The notes under the pieces are model-generated. The model was not told the DNA's origin and searched no databases. It was given only the letters and a program-made list of their open reading frames with translations. Positions 1 through 9,329 of a stretch of DNA of 64,000 bases are shown one piece after another. Origin of the DNA: an uncultured Planctomycetales bacterium (lineage in GTDB: Bacteria > Omnitrophota > Gorgyraeia > Zapsychrales > JANLHA01); the NCBI GenBank assembly GCA_964374105.1, contig CAYJXI010000007.1, positions 13,096 through 77,095 on the forward strand, in the 5' to 3' direction. The position numbers and the translations under genes were made by a program. Each line of letters opens with the position of its first letter. Within the stretch, counting starts at the first letter, position 1.

Positions 1-282
1 GAAGGAGAACCAGACGGATTTCTTAAAATCTTAATCAACAAAAGAAGAAAGGTTATTGGAGTACAGATGATTGCAGCGCATGCCGGAGAACTGATCCATT
101 CCTGGGTCGTCGCCTTAAATGGGAGGGTCAAATTATCAACATTGGCTCAGGCCATTTTTGCTTATCCGACTTTATCCGAAATCATGAAAAGAGCCAGTGG
201 GAATTTTCTTTCCCTTTGCCTTTTTAATGAAAAAACAAAAAAAATCTTAAAATTTTTATTTGGATTAAAAGGAAGGGGATAG
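1..282 (+). CDS. Partial 3' end of a pyridine nucleotide-disulfide oxidoreductase (dimerisation domain; dihydrolipoamide dehydrogenase / mercuric reductase-like)
   Basis: In-frame translation from position 1 reads ...GFLKILINKRRKVIGVQMIAAHAGELIHSWVVALNGRVKLSTLAQAIFAYPTLSEIMKRA, typical of the C-terminal dimerisation domain of class I FAD disulfide reductases. The ORF is open to the window edge. Confidence 0.55.
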   Translation, partial: EGEPDGFLKILINKRRKVIGVQMIAAHAGELIHSWVVALNGRVKLSTLAQAIFAYPTLSEIMKRASGNFLSLCLFNEKTKKILKFLFGLKGRG

Positions 283-349
283 AAAATTTCCTGAAACTGA
301 AAAATTGGCTTTATCCTTTCAATAATGTTATAAGAGAGGGAACATTAAG

Positions 350-1000
350 ATGCCTTTGTCTCATCGAAGAAAATGGATTGATGTGACGATTCCTTTAAAA
401 TCGGGAATGGTTCATTGGCCCAATGATCCGGAAGTTAAAATCAGAAGAATAAAAGATATGAATAAAAAGGATCATTGCAATGTTTCGCATCTTTCGCTGG
501 GGTCGCATACCGCAACGCATATGGATTCCCCGTTACATTTTTTAAGGGATGGGAGAAGTCTGGATCAGATGCCCTTAACGGCAACGGTTGGTCCGGCTAA
601 AGTCTTTATCATTCGTGACCAAGAAGCTATTAAAGTCAAGGAGATAAAACGTTTAAAGATGAGAAAAGGAGACCGGATCCTTTTTAAGACTACCAATTCT
701 AACCGCTGTTGGAGATCGAATCGGTTTTTTGAAGATTTTGTTTATATGACAAAAGAGGCGGCTCAATTTCTGGCGGAGCAGGGGGTGCAAACCATAGGGG
801 TCGATTATCTTTCGGTCGGCGGATTTAAAAAAGATGGAATCCAAACACACCAAATCTTATTGAAGAAAGGCATCTGGATTATCGAAGGGTTAAATTTAGC
901 CAAAATCAAAGAGGGAAAGTACGATTTAATTTGTCTGCCCTTGAAGATTTTCAATTCTGATGGTGCACCCGCCAGAGTCATCCTTTCTCCTAAATTCTAA
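350..1000 (+). CDS. Cyclase-family protein (kynurenine formamidase-like)
   Basis: 216-aa ORF with an HTATHMDSPLHF motif characteristic of the putative cyclase / arylformamidase family. A GA-rich RBS precedes the ATG. Confidence 0.55.
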   Translation: MPLSHRRKWIDVTIPLKSGMVHWPNDPEVKIRRIKDMNKKDHCNVSHLSLGSHTATHMDSPLHFLRDGRSLDQMPLTATVGPAKVFIIRDQEAIKVKEIKRLKMRKGDRILFKTTNSNRCWRSNRFFEDFVYMTKEAAQFLAEQGVQTIGVDYLSVGGFKKDGIQTHQILLKKGIWIIEGLNLAKIKEGKYDLICLPLKIFNSDGAPARVILSPKF

Positions 1001-1006
1001 AAGGAA

Positions 1007-1585
1007 ATGAAAAAGAATTATCAATTTTTCAAACCGATTTTTATGGTAAAATGCCTCTTGGTTATTATTTTTACTTTCCCGATTATAAAATTCGGAGTAA
1101 CGGACATGAAAGCAGACCAAAACAGTTTGAATAAGAAGATGGCAGGGAAGATCAAAATATTTAACGTCGCCCGCGGAATCTTTGAGGAAGTGGAAAGGAT
1201 AGAAAAATCCGAGGCGGAGTGGAAGAAACTTTTGACTACTGAACAATTCCGGGTCACCCGAAAAAAGGGTACCGAGAGACCTTTTTCTTCAGAATATGCC
1301 CAAAATAAAAAGAAAGGTATTTATCAATGTATTGCCTGCGCAACGGATTTGTTCGATGCTGAGGCAAAATTCGATTCGGGAACGGGTTGGCCAAGTTTTT
1401 TTAAACCTGTGTCAGAAGAAAACATTGGGTATGAAGAAGACCATAGCCTTTTCATGAAAAGAATTGAGGTCCATTGCGCCCGTTGCGGGGCTCATTTGGG
1501 GCATATTTTTGATGACGGCCCTCCCCCAACTTATAAACGTTACTGTATCAATTCGGTATCTTTGAAATTTGAAGAGAAAAAATGA
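1007..1585 (+). CDS. msrB: Peptide methionine (R)-S-oxide reductase MsrB, with N-terminal hydrophobic (signal-like) extension
   Basis: Core matches the MsrB/SelR domain: LTTEQFRVTRKKGTERPFSSEY, CIACATDLF, GWPSFF, and CARCGAHLGHIFDDGPP (two CxxC zinc pairs). The start codon is uncertain; an internal Met near 1043 is possible. Confidence 0.85.
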   Translation: MKKNYQFFKPIFMVKCLLVIIFTFPIIKFGVTDMKADQNSLNKKMAGKIKIFNVARGIFEEVERIEKSEAEWKKLLTTEQFRVTRKKGTERPFSSEYAQNKKKGIYQCIACATDLFDAEAKFDSGTGWPSFFKPVSEENIGYEEDHSLFMKRIEVHCARCGAHLGHIFDDGPPPTYKRYCINSVSLKFEEKK

Positions 1586-1673
1586 TTCTTTCTTCCTCCC
1601 ATGAGGCCAAGGTTAAGGGAAAATTTTATTAAACGGCATCCTCAAATATCTTGGGGATCGAAAGGAGGAGGTT

Positions 1674-2060
1674 ATGGAAGAGATCCTCATCGTTGATGAT
1701 GATCGATTGACACTCAAATTGCTGGAAAAGGAGTTGGTCAAAGTTAATTACAAGGTCTTTAAGGCTACTAGCGGTAAGAATGCTATTAAGTATGCTAAGG
1801 ACTCTCCCCCAAGTTTAATTCTCTTAGATATTGTTATGCCGGATATGGATGGCCCCCAAGTTGTGAAATTATTAAAGGCTGATGCAAGGACAAAGGATAT
1901 TCCGATAATTTTTATTACGGCCATTCTTTCCAAAGAAGAGCAGTCAAAGCAAGAAGTTAAAATCGATGATGAACTTTATCCCATTATTGCCAAGCCTATT
2001 GATCCCGAGGAACTAAAAGACAAAATTGAGCACACCCTAAAAAAGGTTCAAACCGACTAA
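1674..2060 (+). CDS. Single-domain response regulator (CheY-like receiver)
   Basis: ILIVDDD...LLDIVMPDMDG...IPIIFITA receiver-domain signature. Strong RBS ggaggagg upstream. Confidence 0.8.
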   Translation: MEEILIVDDDRLTLKLLEKELVKVNYKVFKATSGKNAIKYAKDSPPSLILLDIVMPDMDGPQVVKLLKADARTKDIPIIFITAILSKEEQSKQEVKIDDELYPIIAKPIDPEELKDKIEHTLKKVQTD

Positions 2061-2099
2061 AATGAATCATCATCAATTGCATCCTTGAAGGAGAATTTT

Positions 2100-2363
2100 A
2101 TGGAGTATACTTGTGGTGTTTGTGGCAAAAAGGTAGGGGCCGATATGATGGTCTACCGTGAGCACACCGAAAAGCATATTGTGGATTTGGTTAAGGTCGA
2201 CCATCCGGATTGGGTAGAGACCGATGGGATTTGCCGAAAATGTATCGAGTATTATCAGGCAGAACTGAAAGGTACTATATTCGGTGATGCCCCTTGTGCT
2301 TTAAGAATAAGGAAGATAAAAAAAATTTGGGGAAAAATTTTAAATCTGATGAAAGTTCGGTAA
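2100..2363 (+). CDS. Small zinc-ribbon-like hypothetical protein
   Basis: CGVCGK...CRKC pair of CxxC motifs. The ATG at 2100 follows a gaaggag RBS; the ORF track starts at an upstream TTG (2085). Confidence 0.35.
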   Translation: MEYTCGVCGKKVGADMMVYREHTEKHIVDLVKVDHPDWVETDGICRKCIEYYQAELKGTIFGDAPCALRIRKIKKIWGKILNLMKVR

Positions 2364-2438
2364 TTTATATTTTACGTTTAAGGAAAAAAGTTGTACGCCT
2401 CTTAAGTTTGATTTTCACGATCGGGTTTAAATAAAATT

Positions 2439-3074
2439 ATGAATTTCTTTCAGGGGATTTTACGGCCAGGGAATTTTCGTACCGATCGTTTGGATGCCTT
2501 CAGTGATGGTGTGTTTGCCATTGTGATCACTCTCTTGGTCTTAGAGTTGCCTATCCCCCAGATCCAGGGAGAAAGTGTCTCGAAAGATTTAATGGCGAGT
2601 TTGATCCCGTTGGCCCTAAATTTTTTAGTTTTGTTTTGAGTTTTGTTTATATCAGCATTTATTGGATTAATCACCATCAATTATTTCATCTTATTAAACG
2701 ATCCGACCGGGGTCTTTTTTGGTTCAATAGCCTTTTTCTTTTGTGTTTAACTTTTATTCCTTTTCCAACGGCCCTTATTGGAGAATATCCTTAAAGAATA
2801 TGTGGCCGTTGTCTTTTATGGAATTTGTATGTTAATCACGGCTTTGAGTTTTGTGGTCATGAAATGGTATGCGGTTAGCGTCGGCCGGCTGGGTGATCCC
2901 TCTATCAGTGACAAGCATTTGCAGCAATCGTCATTTAAAATTTGGGCAGGACCGATGTTGTATACCTTAGCCATTTCTTTGGCATTTTTAGAAACTTATT
3001 GGGCCATTGTCATTTATGTGATTATCCCCATCATCTATTTTCTTCCCGATCAATTTGAACGTAAAATAAATTAA
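2439..3074 (+). pseudogene. DUF1211 / TMEM175-like K+ channel family gene disrupted by two frameshifts
   Basis: Frame 1 (2439..2639) encodes RTDRLDAFSDGVFAIVITLLVLE, the DUF1211 signature. Frame 2 (about 2633..2794) continues VLSFVYISIYWINHHQLFH...IPFPTALIGEYP. Frame 3 (2778..3074) gives (E)YVAVVFYGICML... The three frames concatenate into one plausible about 205-aa six-TM protein. Confidence 0.55.
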
Positions 3075-3126
3075 TCTTCAAGGAAATCATTTTTCATCTA
3101 TCTTGGGAATCAGACGGTTTTAGAGG

Positions 3127-4167
3127 ATGTTAAAAGGACTTTCCAATTTGATTTTGTCTTTCTGTTTGCTTGGCATTATATTTTTTGGTGTTTTTATGAT
3201 GAGCCTCAATTCACCGCTTTTGACGGAATATTTATTACGACTATTCATCAAAAAGAATTTCAGTCAATATCAAATCAAAACTCTTGATATTCACCATCAG
3301 CAATTTCACTGGCCGGGTCGGCTGATTTTGCAAGATATCCACATTGACTTCAATGCCAGGGACAAACAGAGCATAAAAGTTTCTAAAATTGTCATAGATC
3401 AGTTAAATACCTTATTGGGAAATCCCAAAAGTCTTGATTTGCAATTTGATGATATCAACATTCAATTCCCTCCGTGGGTCATCCATAATCTGGATGTAAC
3501 AGCGCAAAGTTCTTGGCAAGGCTCAAATTCTTCCCAGTTCCAAGGGGCCCTCCATATAATGGATATTGAATATCAGGGAAATTACATCTATAATCTGGAA
3601 TGTCTTTTCGCGGGGAATAATCAAAGACTGGATTTTAAGGAGGTTAAGGCAAAGAGTTTCGATAGTGACCTCAAAGGGAATATTTCCATCGAATATCAGC
3701 CGGAATTTTCCTATCGTATGGATTTTAAGATGGAGCATTTGGATATCAAACAACTTAAAAACCTTTATCCAGACCTTGTCTCTCAAATTGACGGGCGAGC
3801 CCAAGGAACAGTTAAAATCCTGGGGAATAAAAAAGATTTACGTTTTTTTGAGATCAATATCTCTATGCCGCAGGATGGGAAAATTAAGGCTTCTTTATTA
3901 AAGAAACTGATGTTAAATGTCGATTTGCCGATATTAACGGAAAGGCTCAATAACCTTTCTAAGATAGAAAGTATGGTCACTCTCGAAGAGGCTCAACTGA
4001 TGTTAAAAACACTTAATTCGCAAATGCTATCCGGCCTTCTCAAAATGAAAAGCCGCCAACTGAACACAAATTTTGATATACCCATCGACATTCGACTTGA
4101 TGGGAAACTACAGACACTCCTATTTCAGGGTGTAAGGTCAATGCAGCAAAAGGAGGACATATGGTAA
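3127..4167 (+). CDS. Membrane-anchored AsmA-family / YdbH-like protein (short form)
   Basis: 346 aa with an N-terminal TM helix and a soluble domain. It sits immediately upstream of, and overlapping, the YnbE-like lipoprotein and YdbL-like genes, mirroring the E. coli ydbH-ynbE-ydbL operon. The domain call is by context plus weak similarity. Confidence 0.4.
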   Translation: MLKGLSNLILSFCLLGIIFFGVFMMSLNSPLLTEYLLRLFIKKNFSQYQIKTLDIHHQQFHWPGRLILQDIHIDFNARDKQSIKVSKIVIDQLNTLLGNPKSLDLQFDDINIQFPPWVIHNLDVTAQSSWQGSNSSQFQGALHIMDIEYQGNYIYNLECLFAGNNQRLDFKEVKAKSFDSDLKGNISIEYQPEFSYRMDFKMEHLDIKQLKNLYPDLVSQIDGRAQGTVKILGNKKDLRFFEINISMPQDGKIKASLLKKLMLNVDLPILTERLNNLSKIESMVTLEEAQLMLKTLNSQMLSGLLKMKSRQLNTNFDIPIDIRLDGKLQTLLFQGVRSMQQKEDIW

Positions 4168-4382
4168 ATGTTAAAAAGATAAAGATGTACCTATTGTTAT
4201 TGATGTATGGGCTCTTCAGCGGTTGCACGGTCAAGGCGGTGGGAGATCCCAATCGTCCCATCACAATCCAAGCCCACATTACTGTTGATATCAAGGGGTT
4301 GGAGAAGACAGCTTCCAGTATAGAAGATTACGTCAGTGGCGATAAATCCGAGTTAAAAGCAAAAGAGGGAGGAACAAAATGA
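4161..4382 (+). CDS. ynbE: YnbE-family small lipoprotein
   Basis: 73 aa with lipobox LFSGC and PNRPITIQAHITVDIKGLEK, matching the YnbE-like lipoprotein family (PxxPITINxNVKIxHEI). Confidence 0.55.
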   Translation: MVNVKKIKMYLLLLMYGLFSGCTVKAVGDPNRPITIQAHITVDIKGLEKTASSIEDYVSGDKSELKAKEGGTK

Positions 4383-4804
4383 TTAAGAGACTCTGCTTGA
4401 TCACAAGTCTTTTGATTTTCATTCTGGGAATTTGTTTGGGGGAATTACCACAAGCTATCGGTGAATCAACGTATGATCTTAAAGAAATCACTCCAGCGAT
4501 TCAGAAAGCCTTAGAAAACCGAAAAGGGCGGTATGATCAATTGCGGGCCTTCAAGGATCTAGGCATCATCGGAGAAAATAATCGGGGATATGTGGAATTA
4601 TTAAAAGACAACAAGGAAGCCAAAGCCTTGGCCGAGGCCGAAAATAAAGATCGGCAATTGATCTATTCATCTATAGTAGAACAAAACCAGCTGCCGCAAG
4701 AGTCCTTGGCTACGATTGAAAAAGTCTTTGCCCAGGTCCAACGGGAGAAAGCCAATAAAGGTGATCAAGTTCAGGATGAAAACGGACAATGGGTCAGTAA
4801 ATGA
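4379..4804 (+). CDS. ydbL: YdbL-family (DUF1318) periplasmic protein
   Basis: 141 aa with a signal peptide and a conserved RKGRYDQLRAFKDLGIIGENNRGYVELL block typical of DUF1318/YdbL. It overlaps the preceding gene by 4 nt (operonic). Confidence 0.5.
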   Translation: MIKRLCLITSLLIFILGICLGELPQAIGESTYDLKEITPAIQKALENRKGRYDQLRAFKDLGIIGENNRGYVELLKDNKEAKALAEAENKDRQLIYSSIVEQNQLPQESLATIEKVFAQVQREKANKGDQVQDENGQWVSK

Positions 4805-4879
4805 AATTCGACAAAGAATGTAGATAAGCCATTGATTTTTTTACGTTGTTTTATCGAAACTTGTGCCAGCATTTCTAAT

Positions 4880-5812
4880 ATGAAGATCGCCATTTTATCA
4901 CGCAAAAGAAATATTTACAGTACCCAGAGATTGAAGGAGGCTTGCCTTAAGAGAGGGCATCAGGTCAGGGTATGGGATCCTTTGAATTTTTCCATCTTAT
5001 TGGAAAAAGATTCTCCCCAATTGCATTATTTGAATAAACCCTTACCTAAATTTAATGCCGTGATTCCCAGGATCGGTGTCTCGATTACTTTTTTCGGGAC
5101 AGCCGTCTTAAGACAATTGGAAGGCACAGGGGTTTATTGCCTGAATTCATCTTTGGGAATTAGTCATGCAAGGGATAAATTAAAGTCCATTCAAATTTTA
5201 AGCCGACATCATATTGATATTCCTCCTTCGGTATTCATTGGTTACGGTTCTCCAGTTGTTCCGGCGATTGCAGCCGTGGGAGGGGGCCCCCTCATTATCA
5301 AGCTTCTTGAGGGAAGCCAAGGCGTTGGGGTGATTCTGGCTGAGACAAACAAAGTTGCCGAAACCGTGATTCAAACACTCCATAGTCTTAGACAGGATAT
5401 TTTGATTCAAAAATTTATCAAGGAAAGTCGAGGCAAAGATATCCGGGCCTTTGTTGTTGGTCAAAGAGTTGTGGCAGCCATGCGACGACTTGCTGTAGGG
5501 GATGAATTCAGAACCAATGTTCACCAAGGAGGTAAGGCAGAACCGCTAACGTTAGATCCAGCTTATGAAAGAATCGCCATTCAGGCGGCGCGTGTCATTG
5601 GCTTGAATGTGGCGGGAGTCGATATCTTGGAAAGTGATTTAGGACCTAAGGTCATGGAAGTGAATGCCTCTCCGGGATTGGAGGCTATTGAACAGACAAC
5701 CGGAGTGGATGTGGCGGAGAAAATCATTGAATTTCTGGAAAAGCAAGTTTTTTCAATGAATTTCGGTGCGAAATCGGAGAATCGAAAATCACCGCACAAG
5801 AGTCATCGATAA
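4880..5812 (+). CDS. rimK: RimK-family ATP-grasp ligase (ribosomal protein S6 glutamate ligase / alpha-L-glutamate ligase-like)
   Basis: MKIAILSRK...DKLKSIQIL...LIIKLLEGSQGVGVILAE...IRAFVVGQRVVAAMRR...TNVHQGG...MEVNASPGLE, the RimK ATP-grasp signature. The start is taken at the internal ATG 4880 (MKIAIL), 48 nt inside the ORF-track start. Confidence 0.8.
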   Translation: MKIAILSRKRNIYSTQRLKEACLKRGHQVRVWDPLNFSILLEKDSPQLHYLNKPLPKFNAVIPRIGVSITFFGTAVLRQLEGTGVYCLNSSLGISHARDKLKSIQILSRHHIDIPPSVFIGYGSPVVPAIAAVGGGPLIIKLLEGSQGVGVILAETNKVAETVIQTLHSLRQDILIQKFIKESRGKDIRAFVVGQRVVAAMRRLAVGDEFRTNVHQGGKAEPLTLDPAYERIAIQAARVIGLNVAGVDILESDLGPKVMEVNASPGLEAIEQTTGVDVAEKIIEFLEKQVFSMNFGAKSENRKSPHKSHR

Positions 5813-6003
5813 TTTGCAGAGATGGAAGATCACCCCGCTATTGCGGGGTGTCCTCTTAAGGTGCGAAGGCGGATGCAATTTTCAATATAAAAACTTGGAA
5901 ACTCGAAATTTTTTGATGTATAACTCATTGCTTCATAGGTTGTCATCCCCCCCCCGTATTAAATGCGCGCTGGGGATCTATCTCTAGATTCAACAAGAAA
6001 TAG

Positions 6004-7773
6004 ATGAACATTGGAACATTTAAAATTTTGGAAAAGAAAATTATCATTCGCATCCAGGATCGGATCTGCGAAAACTCGGAAGAACTGTTATCAAATAATA
6101 TTTTTCAGGAGATTTTAAAACGAGCCATCGAAGATCTCTCCCAGCGCAATTCGTTTCTTTTGAATGTCTTTGGCCAACACGAGATCAATGAAAAAACCAT
6201 TCACACGTTGATTGAAACGATGAGATTTTTGACCAAAATGCCTGGCCATTTGCTACCTAACGTGGTGAAAGGATCAGATATGTTTTTAAAGGATTCTCAC
6301 CTCTTTAATGATTTCATTGAGTATCTTTATAATTATTGGCGAAGTTATGACCGTTTTATTATCTGCGATTCTTCCGGGGACGATCTCGATAAACGACCAT
6401 ACCGGACATTCAATTCAACCATTGAACATTTGATGCATATGATTCGCTGGACCTACCGTGATATTCAGGAAAATATCACTGGGAATCATCCACGGATTTA
6501 CCGGCAGGTGACGGCTGGGGCAGAGGTGGCTACCATTGCCTCAACTAAGGATATCCCATTTCCAACTTTGGTTTATCAAAAATTGAATTCGATTTCCTTG
6601 ATCCGTCAGATGCTGCTGTATCCGCCTTTAATTCTTAATCCTCCGATGAATAAACGATCTGGCAAGTTTGATCGAATTGACAAGAATCCCCTTGAAAAAA
6701 TTGATATCAATCCAGAAGAATGGCTTTGTTATCCAGCCAAAGTAGGCCCCTTGGTCATTTTGATCTATTTTCACCAGAAATTTTTAGAGTTGGGAGTATC
6801 CTTATGTAACCTTTTTGCCTTGGCCGAGGATGAAGATTTGAATAAAAACCCCGATGCGGTCTACACCTTTGGGGTTCCGGGGAATGTGTTGGATGAATTC
6901 GGATCTTTCCCAACAGTTTTTTATGATGATGAAAAGAATAACATGATGGTTGCGGCCGTTCCCAATCGGAATGAATTTGGTTATTTTGGTTATCTAAAAA
7001 AAATGGTCCTTACCTTGCACAATATCATCATGATGAAAAGAGGCCGATTTCCTTTTCATGGGGCTTTGGTGAAAATTATTCTTAAAGGTCATCGGGAAGC
7101 CACGATTCTTTTCATTGGGGATACCGGCGCCGGTAAATCAGAAACACTGGAGGCCTTAAGAGAAATCGGGTCAAAAGAGATCCAGGATCTTATCATCATT
7201 GCCGATGATATGGGTTCTTTGGATATTAACCAAGATGGGCAGGTGCTTGGTTATGGCACTGAGATTGGAGCGTTTTTGAGGCTGGATGATTTACAACCCG
7301 GTTATGCCTTGGGACAGATTGATCGGGCTATCATCATGAGTCCTAATCAAGTGAATGCGAGAATTATCCTTCCGGTGACGAGCTATGAAAATGTGGTGAA
7401 GGGTTACCGGATCGACTTTATTCTCTATGGGAATAATTATGATGAGATTGATGAAGACCATCCAGTCATAGAGCGATTCACTTCCGTTGATCACGCCTTA
7501 GATGTTTTTCGGGAAGGGACCGTAATGAGTAAAGGCACGACCACTTCAACCGGAATTGTGCATACCTATTTTGCTAATATTTTTGGACCTCCCCAATACA
7601 AAGAAATTCACGAGATTCTCACCCGGAAATTCTTTCAAATCTTTTTTAAGCAAGGCCTCTTTGTGGGACAATTAAGGACCCGATTGGGCTTAACGGGTTG
7701 GGAGAGAACCGGTCCCTTAGAAGCAGCCCAAGAACTCCTTAAAGTGATCAGCCCTTGTCAACCTTCCCTTTAG
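6004..7773 (+). CDS. Hypothetical protein with C-terminal HPr-kinase/PEPCK-like P-loop domain (HprK-related kinase)
   Basis: FHGALVKIILKGHREATILFIGDTGAGKSETLEALREIG...IIIADD closely resembles the HprK C-terminal P-loop (HGVLV...GDSGIGKSE...ADD). The N-terminal about 330 aa are unassigned. Confidence 0.45.
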   Translation: MNIGTFKILEKKIIIRIQDRICENSEELLSNNIFQEILKRAIEDLSQRNSFLLNVFGQHEINEKTIHTLIETMRFLTKMPGHLLPNVVKGSDMFLKDSHLFNDFIEYLYNYWRSYDRFIICDSSGDDLDKRPYRTFNSTIEHLMHMIRWTYRDIQENITGNHPRIYRQVTAGAEVATIASTKDIPFPTLVYQKLNSISLIRQMLLYPPLILNPPMNKRSGKFDRIDKNPLEKIDINPEEWLCYPAKVGPLVILIYFHQKFLELGVSLCNLFALAEDEDLNKNPDAVYTFGVPGNVLDEFGSFPTVFYDDEKNNMMVAAVPNRNEFGYFGYLKKMVLTLHNIIMMKRGRFPFHGALVKIILKGHREATILFIGDTGAGKSETLEALREIGSKEIQDLIIIADDMGSLDINQDGQVLGYGTEIGAFLRLDDLQPGYALGQIDRAIIMSPNQVNARIILPVTSYENVVKGYRIDFILYGNNYDEIDEDHPVIERFTSVDHALDVFREGTVMSKGTTTSTGIVHTYFANIFGPPQYKEIHEILTRKFFQIFFKQGLFVGQLRTRLGLTGWERTGPLEAAQELLKVISPCQPSL

Positions 7774-7852
7774 GTTCTTATCCATCATTCCTAAAAAGGA
7801 AAATATCTGATATAATTGCCAGAGTCTTAATCTTTTAAAGAGGGAGGAAAAG

Positions 7853-8410
7853 ATGAATACGTCGGCTTTCATAGAATCTCCCGTTTTTTCATGGGTTGTC
7901 CTGCCTCTATTGATTTTCATAGCCAGAGTCTTGGATGTGTCTTTAGGAACGGTTCGTATCATCCTCATCTCTCGGGGGAAAAAGTATTTATCCCCGTTTT
8001 TAGGATTTGTTGAGGTTATGATATGGCTCTTAGCGATTCGACAGATCATCTTTAATTTATCAAATTGGGCCTGTTATTTTGCTTTTGCCGGTGGGTTTGC
8101 CATGGGTAATTTTGTAGGGATATATATTGAGGAAAAAATTGCCATGGGGACTCAAGTGATCCGTATCATCACCAGAATGGAGGCCACCGACTTAATCGGG
8201 AGCCTTCAGCAAAAGGGTTACGGGGTGACGGTTGTGGATGCCATGGGAACAACGGGCAAGGTCAATGTCATTTTCACCATCATCAATCGCCGGGATCAGG
8301 ACAAAGTGATTGAACTCATTAAAAAATTTAATCCCAAGGCCTTTTATTCCGTTGAGGATATCCGTTCGGTCAAAGAGGGTGTTTTCCCGGAGTATGATAA
8401 AAAATTTTAA
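7853..8410 (+). CDS. DUF2179-containing membrane protein (UPF0316-like)
   Basis: 185 aa with an N-terminal TM region and a C-terminal GYGVTVVDAMG...VIFTII domain typical of DUF2179/UPF0316. Confidence 0.45.
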   Translation: MNTSAFIESPVFSWVVLPLLIFIARVLDVSLGTVRIILISRGKKYLSPFLGFVEVMIWLLAIRQIIFNLSNWACYFAFAGGFAMGNFVGIYIEEKIAMGTQVIRIITRMEATDLIGSLQQKGYGVTVVDAMGTTGKVNVIFTIINRRDQDKVIELIKKFNPKAFYSVEDIRSVKEGVFPEYDKKF

Positions 8411-8444
8411 AGCAGAAGTTCCTGACATTAGTGTTGAAATTGTT

Positions 8445-8565
8445 AATTCGTTATTCCTGCTTTAAGCGGAATCCAGACGACCCCGCCCAAGGCGAGGGAT
8501 CCCAGATTAAAGCATTCCTGCCTGCCGGCAGGCGGGGATGACACAAATCATGTCTCCAATCAATA
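8445..8565. repeat. GC-rich palindromic intergenic repeat element (contains gcctgccggcaggc perfect palindrome)
   Basis: Shares submotifs ctgctttaagc, ggaatccaga, ggatccc, cctgNctgccgNcaggc and gtcatcccc with the element at 60690..60800. Confidence 0.45.
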
Positions 8566-8635
8566 TGATCGTTGAGAAGAAATATTTTATTTGGATGCGT
8601 ACAGATAAATTTTTTGTTAATTTAAAGAGCAAACT

Positions 8636-9310
8636 ATGAGAATCTTGATTGTGGAAGATGAAAGAAAATTGGCTAATTTTATTCAAAGAGGTTTGAAGGA
8701 AGAAAAATATTCTGTCGATGTGGCCTATGATGGTGAAAAGGCACTTTTTCTCGTTGAAGTGAATTCTTACGATCTTATTATTTTAGATATTATGATCCCG
8801 GGAAAAGATGGGATTTACATTTGCCGTGAGATCCGAAAGAAAAATATGGATGTCCCGATTTTGATTTTAACCGCCCGTGATACTGTTGAAGATAAAGTGC
8901 AAGGATTAGACGCCGGGGCGGATGATTATTTAACCAAGCCTTTTGCCTTTGAAGAGTTTTTAGCGAGGGCGCGGTCTCTATTGAGACGCAAAAGAGATCA
9001 AAAATCAACGATACTGAAGGTCGCTGATTTAGAGCTCAATCAGTTAAATCATAAAGTTAAAAGGGCCAATAAAGAAATTGTCTTAACTAGCAAAGAATAT
9101 GCTCTTCTTGAGTATCTTATGCTTAAGGCCGGTCAGGTGGTCACACGAACCATGATATCGGAACATGTTTGGAATGAAAATTTCGATAGTTTTACCAACG
9201 TCATTGATGTTTATATCAAATATCTGCGTAATAAGATTGATAAAGGATTTTCCAAGGCCTTGATTCAAACGATCCGCGGGACGGGGTATATTATGAAAAA
9301 TTCAATCTGA
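8636..9310 (+). CDS. OmpR-family winged-helix response regulator
   Basis: MRILIVEDE...LDIMIPGKDG receiver domain plus a C-terminal trans_reg_C (LTSKEYALLEYLM...VYIKYLRNKID). Confidence 0.85.
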   Translation: MRILIVEDERKLANFIQRGLKEEKYSVDVAYDGEKALFLVEVNSYDLIILDIMIPGKDGIYICREIRKKNMDVPILILTARDTVEDKVQGLDAGADDYLTKPFAFEEFLARARSLLRRKRDQKSTILKVADLELNQLNHKVKRANKEIVLTSKEYALLEYLMLKAGQVVTRTMISEHVWNENFDSFTNVIDVYIKYLRNKIDKGFSKALIQTIRGTGYIMKNSI

Positions 9311-9329
9311 TCAAGGGGTTGCCATATTT

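Noticed and set aside
5766-5987. 73-aa ORF overlapping the 3' end of rimK and the downstream intergenic region
   Set aside because: It overlaps the RimK C-terminus out of frame and runs through the caccccgc/gcggggtg hairpin and the GC-rich repeat. There is no start context.
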